Assembly (NCBI GenBank): GCA_003552565.1
Contig: PUNB01000062.1
Location: forward strand, 1 to 40,606
DNA from: Lentisphaerota bacterium
GTDB lineage: Bacteria; Verrucomicrobiota; Lentisphaeria; Oligosphaerales; PUNB01
Direction of reading: 5' to 3'
Length of the DNA: 40,606 bases
A model generated the notes under the pieces. It was given only the letters and a program-made list of their open reading frames with translations, searched no databases and was not told where the DNA came from. The position numbers were made by a program, and so were the translations under genes. Below, piece after piece: positions 34,524 to 40,606 of the stretch; the first letter of the stretch is position 1; every line of letters begins with the position of its first letter.

Positions 34524-35285
34524 ATGCCCAGAGCATCTAGATATCTGAAAGAAGGGTACCTTTACCATCTGACGCATCGCTGTTCGGACGGTGAATTCTT
34601 TCTTCGCTTCGCCAGAGAACGGGACGCTTACCGTGAGTGGCTGCGTACAGGGGTTAATCGTTATAAGGTCTCAGTGCTAGGATATGCAATCACCTGTAAT
34701 CACACTCATGTGGTTGTCGATGCAACTGATCGGTCCGCTGTGGCCGACATGATGAAATTGGCTTCAGGAGTCGTCGCTCAATCCCTGAATCAGCGCAAAG
34801 GACATGAAGGCTCTGTGTGGGAACACCCTTACCAGTGTACTCGCATAGAGAGTGGTGCTCATCTTCTTAATTGTCTGCGTTACATCGACCTAAACATGGT
34901 CCGGGCAAGAAAGACGGAACACCCGGGTCAATGGCGCTGGTGCGGATATGACGAACTTGTCGGAAAACGCAGGCGCTACCGGATAATCGACCAAGAACGA
35001 TTGTTGGCGCTTGCAGGATTCGCTTCCAGTCGTGCTTTTGCCGAGTATTATGCGACCAGTGTCAGCGACAAACTGGAACGGCATCGCCAAGTACGGGAAC
35101 CTTATTGGACAGAAGCGGTTGCGGTTGGCAGTAAGGAGTTTGTCGAAGATGCCGGGGAAGCCGTTGCTCATCGGCGGCGGATGCATCATTATAAAATCGA
35201 CATTGAAGCTGAGGAGAACTTGTGGGTCGTTCGGGAATCATCTGTCCCTTACAGCTCTGCTTTTGGGGATAAATCAGCCTTCTAA
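34524..35285 (+). CDS. rayT: REP-associated tyrosine transposase-like protein (Y1 HUH transposase, IS200/IS605 TnpA superfamily)
   Basis: The 253-aa size is typical of RAYTs. The HUH motif is 'NHTHVVV' (H60-T-H62) and the catalytic Tyr context is 'LRYIDLNMVRA' (Y120). There is no tnpB partner and no IS terminal structure nearby. Confidence 0.75.
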   Translation: MPRASRYLKEGYLYHLTHRCSDGEFFLRFARERDAYREWLRTGVNRYKVSVLGYAITCNHTHVVVDATDRSAVADMMKLASGVVAQSLNQRKGHEGSVWEHPYQCTRIESGAHLLNCLRYIDLNMVRARKTEHPGQWRWCGYDELVGKRRRYRIIDQERLLALAGFASSRAFAEYYATSVSDKLERHRQVREPYWTEAVAVGSKEFVEDAGEAVAHRRRMHHYKIDIEAEENLWVVRESSVPYSSAFGDKSAF

Positions 35286-35526
35286 GCTATTACACGGCCT
35301 TCAGAAAAACTGTAAACATCTTTATAACAGTCACTTGCTATGGCTTATCCGCAAATGGTACAAACTTTTTCGCACGGGAGCATCGGTTAAGCTTACCGGG
35401 TGAGGGTGGCGGTTAAGAAAACGATTAAGCGTATTGCAGAGTAAAGCTTCAACCACACTTCGCCCCCCACGCCAAGCATTCAAACAAAAATTCAGAATCA
35501 ACGAACCTCGTGTTTGCCCTCGCCTT

Positions 35527-38500
35527 CTACTCCAGCAGAGTGCGCAGTTCATCCGCGCTCATTTTGCCAAGAGGCACAGAGGCCTCTGATTCAGTGTCGG
35601 CAACCAGGTTTTCAAACAGTTCAGACTTGTGTTTCTGCATTGCCAGAACTTTATCCTCAATTGTGTCGGCGGCCACCAAACGATAAGCGACAACACTTTT
35701 TGTTTGGCCAATTCGGTGAGTACGGTCAATAGCCTGATTTTCCACTGCCGGATTCCACCAGGGGTCGAAAATAAAAACATAATCAGCCTTGGTCAGGGTC
35801 AAACCGGTGCCTGCCGCTTTCAGACTGAGAAGAAAAATTCCGGCATCTTCACTTTGGTTGAAATCGCGCACGATTTCACTACGTTTCTCAACAGGAGTTG
35901 AGCCGGTGATCATCCAGGCAGGCAGTCCTTTCGCAGTTAAGTCGGCCTCGATCAGCTTCAACATGCGGACAAACTGGCTGAATACAAGGATCGAATGTCC
36001 CTCCGCCAAAAGTTCCTCAAGCATTTCCACAAGCGCATCGTGCTTGGCCGACTCCTCCACCTGATGCTTACGGTCGCGGATCAAAAGAGGATGACAGCAA
36101 GCCTGACGCAGCCGGGTCAAAAGAGCCAGCATTTCCACGGCTGTGTTGGTGTTTCTGGCCTGCTCCCGGGTTTCTTCCAGCAGCTGATCATAGAACTCTC
36201 TCTGCGACTCTGACATTTCCACGCGAATAACTTCGTCGATCCTTTCCGGCAATTCCCGAGCCACCATATCTTTGGTGCGCCGCAGCATTAAAGGCGCCAC
36301 CTGTCTGCCGAGCCGCGCCGCCCGCTCGGCGCTTTCGCCGGCTTTTAGGAACTTTTCACGAGATTCAAGATATTCAGGATTGAGAAAATCCATGATCGAC
36401 CACATGTCGAGAAGACGGTTCTCCAGCGGGGTGCCGGTAAGAGCCAGCCGCTGATCGGAACGCAGACGCTTGACCGCCTGACTGACCAAGGCTTCGGGAT
36501 TCTTGATCTGCTGCGCTTCATCCAGTATGACTATTTCAAAATGAATGTTCTCCAGCAGCCTGATGTCATTTCGAACCAAGGCGTAATTGGCCACCAGCAA
36601 ATCCCAATTCCCCTGCTGTAAAACTCCCTGCCGTCTTTCCGGGGGACCTGAGAAAACAGCGCAATTTATATCAGGAGCGAATTTGGCGCATTCATCCAGC
36701 CATACTGAAGAAACCGAGGCTGGACAAACTACCAGCGCCAAGGGTTTTTCCGACCGCCGCGATGACTCGGTGTCGCGGCGGCGCTCATCCAGAACCGCCT
36801 GCAGTAAAGCCAGCATCTGCAGAGTTTTCCCCAGCCCCATGTCATCGGCAAGGATGGCTCCGATCCGGTAACGAAGACGATCGGACAGGAACTCAAAACC
36901 TTCTTTCTGATAACCCCGCATCACTGGCTCCAGCCGCGGCGGCAGGGGCAACTCTTGCGGCTCCGGCTGGTTTATTATTTCTTCATGCAGCTTTCGATCC
37001 CTGGAGGCAATCTGATATTCCACTTCTTTTGTCTGCAGATTCAACAGCAGCTTACGAGTGTCCGGCCAGAACAACCGCAGCCTGCTTCCCCTGCCGAAAC
37101 CTGACTCGCTGATTATACGCCGAATATTTTTTACTCTTTCGGCATCAAAAGTAAGCCAGTAACCAGCTTTGCTGCGAGCCACCGGCGGAGAGCGGCCTAT
37201 GGCCGCGGAAACTTCACTGTCTTCCAAGCTGGCATCGCCAGAACGCCACGACAACCGTAAATCAATAAAAACTTTGCTTCGAGCAAAAGTGAGCATCGGC
37301 TGAAGAGGAAAGTCCGGAGCCAGCAGCGGAGCCAGCTCGGATGAATAATCCTTTTTAACAGCAGCGGGAAGATGATGCCAGAATTGCAGAAATCGGCTGA
37401 CGTTTTCCATTTGCCCTCGAAGACGATAAGAATCACTGTCGCCCACCCTTATCAAAGGCAGCCGGGAAATCTCTTCCTGCACACTGGAAAGAACCGGGGA
37501 TTCATAAATGGTCAACGCCAAACGCCCGTCCTTTAACTCCCTTAATCCGCCGGTCGGAACCTTGACGCCCGGATGCAGGAAAGCTTCTCCCATTCGGAAC
37601 GAAAGCAGCACGTCCCCGCCGTCAGCGCGAGCGGACACCTCAACCGGCGACTCGGTTTCCTTTTTCTTCTGAAGAATTTCACCCTCCAGTAAATCGAACC
37701 GGTTCTGAATAAGCGTGGGCAGATATTCCTCCACCTTGCCGAGAGGGATTCCCGGCGATTTGCGAGAGAAAAAATCAGTCAAAATTTTCCAAGAAACCGG
37801 CGGAGTAAAATCAAGAATTCTGCCGTCGATTATTACCTTTTTCTTTCCTTCCGAAAGCATCTTGAAGATTTCGTGAAAATGATAGCGAGTCCCGTCCGGC
37901 AGCATTACCAAAGCCGCCACTCGAATCATACCATTTTCAGCATACACTTCAAAATGCAGTGAGCATGTTTCCGCTTCCGCTCCAAGAGGCTTTTGCGAAT
38001 CCCGCTCAATAAACCTGCCCGGCACATGGCGCCAAAGCTCCTGCCACTTGGCAAAACGGGATTCGAAGATTTTCAGGATGTTCAAGTTCTGCTCAATGCT
38101 GAGGCGAAGTTCCGGAAACTCCTCCGGTTTTTGCATTGATTGCATATATCCATAGTAATAAGGATAAGAGTAAGGAAAAGAATGGCGGCGGGTCTTATTC
38201 CGGTACTCCTGGTACAGCCATTTTAAAAATTCCCGGTCCTCTTCCGGCCACTGTTCCCGCATAACACAGCCTTGCTGGAACCTGGATCCCAGTCGCTGGA
38301 TCTCCTGCATCTTCATAAGCCTTCGGTGTTCGTCTTCAACACTGTAAAAACGAATCGCCACTCTGCCCGGCTGATAATGAAAGTCAGCCTCCACTTCCAG
38401 ACGGCGATAAACCGGCTGATCTTCGTATACAATATTTGAAGAATATTGAACTGGGGAAGAAAATAAATCAGGCTGCGAATTTCCCCCATGCTCTTTTTGC

Positions 38501-38907
38501 CGCCAGCCGCTGTTTTCTCTCGGCGGAGTCTCGGCGGACTTCTTCGGCGGCGCACCGCTTTTTTCCAAGCCTGCCTTTCCGCCGGTTTCCCAGCCTTCCG
38601 CCCGGCATACCTGCTCAAAGAGAAAAGCGGCCAGCCAGCAATGCACACAGGCAGCATCAGGATAACCGCAGGTGCATGAACGGCGCCATGTCTCTCCATC
38701 AAAACTCCAGACCGGGCGCTGAGTTCCCAAGATAAGCTCCAGCGTTGTATCCGTCCACTCCAGACGACGGATATTTTCCCGCTGGCCGACCATTTTCGCC
38801 GTGTTGCGCACGCCGAGAGAAAACTGCCGGTCAATATCTTGCCTCACCGGCCATTGCTCCAGCCAGGGAGGCGGATTCTCTGGATAAGGAAAATTCGGTT
38901 TTTTCAT
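35527..38907 (-). CDS. SWIM zinc finger + SNF2-family helicase/ATPase
   Basis: N-terminal SWIM motif 'CTCGYPDAACVHC..' (CxC...CxH) and a ~550-aa middle region. The SNF2 motifs are 'DDMGLGKT', 'ILDEAQQIKN', 'LTGTPLENRL' and 'QAIDRTHRIGQ'. Confidence 0.88.
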   Translation of the reverse strand: MKKPNFPYPENPPPWLEQWPVRQDIDRQFSLGVRNTAKMVGQRENIRRLEWTDTTLELILGTQRPVWSFDGETWRRSCTCGYPDAACVHCWLAAFLFEQVCRAEGWETGGKAGLEKSGAPPKKSAETPPRENSGWRQKEHGGNSQPDLFSSPVQYSSNIVYEDQPVYRRLEVEADFHYQPGRVAIRFYSVEDEHRRLMKMQEIQRLGSRFQQGCVMREQWPEEDREFLKWLYQEYRNKTRRHSFPYSYPYYYGYMQSMQKPEEFPELRLSIEQNLNILKIFESRFAKWQELWRHVPGRFIERDSQKPLGAEAETCSLHFEVYAENGMIRVAALVMLPDGTRYHFHEIFKMLSEGKKKVIIDGRILDFTPPVSWKILTDFFSRKSPGIPLGKVEEYLPTLIQNRFDLLEGEILQKKKETESPVEVSARADGGDVLLSFRMGEAFLHPGVKVPTGGLRELKDGRLALTIYESPVLSSVQEEISRLPLIRVGDSDSYRLRGQMENVSRFLQFWHHLPAAVKKDYSSELAPLLAPDFPLQPMLTFARSKVFIDLRLSWRSGDASLEDSEVSAAIGRSPPVARSKAGYWLTFDAERVKNIRRIISESGFGRGSRLRLFWPDTRKLLLNLQTKEVEYQIASRDRKLHEEIINQPEPQELPLPPRLEPVMRGYQKEGFEFLSDRLRYRIGAILADDMGLGKTLQMLALLQAVLDERRRDTESSRRSEKPLALVVCPASVSSVWLDECAKFAPDINCAVFSGPPERRQGVLQQGNWDLLVANYALVRNDIRLLENIHFEIVILDEAQQIKNPEALVSQAVKRLRSDQRLALTGTPLENRLLDMWSIMDFLNPEYLESREKFLKAGESAERAARLGRQVAPLMLRRTKDMVARELPERIDEVIRVEMSESQREFYDQLLEETREQARNTNTAVEMLALLTRLRQACCHPLLIRDRKHQVEESAKHDALVEMLEELLAEGHSILVFSQFVRMLKLIEADLTAKGLPAWMITGSTPVEKRSEIVRDFNQSEDAGIFLLSLKAAGTGLTLTKADYVFIFDPWWNPAVENQAIDRTHRIGQTKSVVAYRLVAADTIEDKVLAMQKHKSELFENLVADTESEASVPLGKMSADELRTLLE

Positions 38908-39010
38908 AAACGTTGTTCTGGTTCACACATAACTTCAGAAAAGCTGATTCGGTGTGCACACACACCTAGCCGAAGATGAATAAAACTCATCCTTAAAATA
39001 CATTCAATAA

Positions 39011-39241
39011 GCTCCCATACAAGCCCGACCGACGGCGCGAAGGGCCTGATACCCCGGAACAGAAACAGCGGCGAACGAGATCGGCGACGATAACGGTAAA
39101 CGATTATGAGACTCGTCATCCGTTCTTGTCGCCGTTATCGTCAACCGCCAATAACGACGAACGAAGCACGATGAACGACGAACCGTGTTTCACATAAGCC
39201 CGACCGCCGGCGCAATGCGCCTGATACCACGAGGCAGAAAC
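39011..39241. repeat. Repeat cluster upstream of the SNF2 gene: two core elements flanking GACGATAACGG and AACGACGAACGAAG modules
   Basis: The cores lie at about 39011-39066 and 39187-39241 (minus orientation). The segment 39150-39191 is identical to 5301-5342. Confidence 0.88.
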
Positions 39242-39464
39242 ACTTTTTGAACAGAAAATCGCGAAGTTCGCTAAGAGTTTGTGATATAAAATATATTTCT
39301 TTTCGTTCTTTGCGATCTGTAAAAATTAATTTTCATGCAAAGCAGGCGGGTGCCTTTGAGTCTCCCGTCTCTCGGCTCCATCCCCGTTTCACCTGTCCAT
39401 TTCGACCCATTCCCCTTTTTATCCGTTTTCATTTTTTTTTACAGGATCCTGATTCAGGGAAATT

Positions 39465-39707
39465 TCAGCGACGGCGCACTAACAGCAAACCACTCAGAAA
39501 CACCAGCGCCAGATTATTCAAAAGCAGGAGCCAGGACATACGCGCTGCGCCAGCACTTAAACCGCGGGGCAGAAAAAATAACGACCAGCTTTCCGCCAGG
39601 CCGCCGATTCGCAGGTAGGCATATATATTCATAGAAAACAACAGAGTGATTAGACCAGCAATAATAATTCCAGGAAGCAATGTTTTCTTAGCTCTTTTTC
39701 TTGCCAT
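39465..39707 (-). CDS. Possible small two-transmembrane-segment membrane protein
   Basis: 80-aa ORF with a basic N-terminus (MARKRAKK) and two hydrophobic segments. I recognise no homology, and it may be spurious. Confidence 0.3.
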   Translation of the reverse strand: MARKRAKKTLLPGIIIAGLITLLFSMNIYAYLRIGGLAESWSLFFLPRGLSAGAARMSWLLLLNNLALVFLSGLLLVRRR

Positions 39708-39801
39708 TACAATTGTCCTTTTACTGTTAATCAGGGTTTACATTTTCAGTCTACATATAACATCACCCGCGGCTAATGTTTAAGCCACAGGCATCCGGGA
39801 T

Positions 39802-40527
39802 GCTTATGTGAGACTTCGTCTCGGTGATCGGTTATCAGTCATCCGAGTGCCGTACTCGTACACGTACTCGTACACTCAAATCTCCGGGGTCAGAAATAAT
39901 GACGATTAGCGTATACGAGTACGTGTAAAAGTACGTAGAGTCTCTCCCTCGGGGTATCCGGCGCTTCGCTCCGGCGGTCGAGATGGTGGCCGGAGCTTCC
40001 AGCTCCGGATTGTCAGGCGCATCGCGCCGGCGGCCGGGCTTATGTGAGACTTCGCGTTGTTAACCTTGTCCCGAATCCGCCTCAGGCGGATCACAAACCT
40101 GATTCCAAAGCCTAAAAACACTAGACAAGGTGCGAGACAAGGTGCGAGACAAGGTTTATTATGCCGCAACAGTCTCTACCTCAGGGTATCAGGCGCCTCG
40201 CGCCGGCGGTCGGGCTTATGTGAAACACGGTTCGTCGTTGTTCGTTTTATATCAGTGTTAATCAGTGTCCATCCGTGGTTCTAATAAAAAAATTGCGGCG
40301 TGAATGAGGACAGATTTAAGTGTACGAGTACGTGTACGAGTACGGGAAATGCTGCGGTATCGTTATACGGTTTCGTACTCGTACACCTACTCGTACACGC
40401 AAATCTTTCGTATCCTGCCTGCTGCCCCGAGGGAGAGACTTGTTGAATGTGTCACCTGAACACTGAAACCTGAAACCGCGAAGTCTCACATAAGCCCTAC
40501 CGCCGGCGCGCGGCGCCTGATACCCCG
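39802..40527. repeat. Densest mosaic repeat cluster (~725 bp, no credible CDS)
   Basis: Module order is a core tail, a GTACGAGTAC hairpin, a core doublet with a CCGGAGCTTCCAGCTCCGG insert (39939-40053) and a 12-nt-periodic hairpin (40063-40156). Then follow a core (about 40165-40222), a CGACGAACG module, a TCCGTGGTTCTAATAAAAAAA module, a GTGTACGAGTAC hairpin (40320-40398), a CACCTGAACACTGAAACC module and a core (40473-40527). Confidence 0.9.
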
Positions 40528-40606
40528 TAGAAGAAACAGGGAACACTAATAATGAATTTTGAATTCTGAATTCTGAATGTTGAGTTTCGGACAGACCAGA
40601 CAGTTC

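Noticed and set aside
34398-35526. A complete IS200/IS605-type insertion sequence around the Y1 transposase
   Set aside because: There is no tnpB. I could not see subterminal hairpins of the IS200 type on both sides, and the 5' flank is plain AT-rich DNA. The protein's size and motifs fit a domesticated RAYT better than an IS transposase.
1-40606. Prophage, integron, genomic-island or plasmid signatures (integrases, att sites, tRNA-adjacent islands) and obvious defence systems
   Set aside because: No integrase, recombinase (other than the RAYT), phage structural gene, restriction-modification gene, toxin-antitoxin pair or cas gene is recognisable. The gene content is housekeeping, and composition looks uniform by eye.

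Overview
This window is mostly housekeeping chromosome from a Gram-negative bacterium (Skp/OmpH, HtrA and a GT9 heptosyltransferase are present). It is probably salt-adapted, because it carries a GSMT/SDMT glycine-betaine pair. I cannot assign taxonomy from the sequence alone. I support 34 CDSs: an aldose-epimerase-like protein, class II aldolase, tmk, an HDOD protein, a leuD-like subunit, ribD, a YxjI/LURP-one-like protein, murA, gpsA, plsY, a zinc-ribbon Ser/Thr kinase, dCMP deaminase, a PfkB kinase, a GH3 hydrolase, thiI, Skp, DUF2851, a metallophosphoesterase, a GT9 heptosyltransferase, a secreted unknown protein, an EndoIII-like glycosylase, a PHP phosphoesterase, yggS, a DUF4168 protein, SDMT, GSMT, HtrA, ftsB, a fumarase beta-type subunit, trpS, folK, a RAYT-type Y1 transposase, a SWIM-SNF2 helicase and a small membrane ORF. 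I saw no rRNA, tRNA, CRISPR array or prophage. The unusual content is non-coding. Thirteen inter-operon gaps, roughly a tenth of the window by eye, are filled with a combinatorial mosaic of at least 10 short repeat-module families. These include a ~55-bp GTCTC...GAGAC-bounded palindromic core (at least 14 copies), long hairpins whose stems are built from 12-nt tandem units (CGAGACAAGGTG and GTGTACGAGTAC families), a small GC hairpin seen in both filled-site and empty-site states inside another module, and two direct 33/35-bp tandem arrays bracketing the GH3 gene. A REP-associated tyrosine transposase homologue lies in the same window and is the obvious candidate mobiliser. All coordinates of repeats were read by eye and may be off by a few bases.
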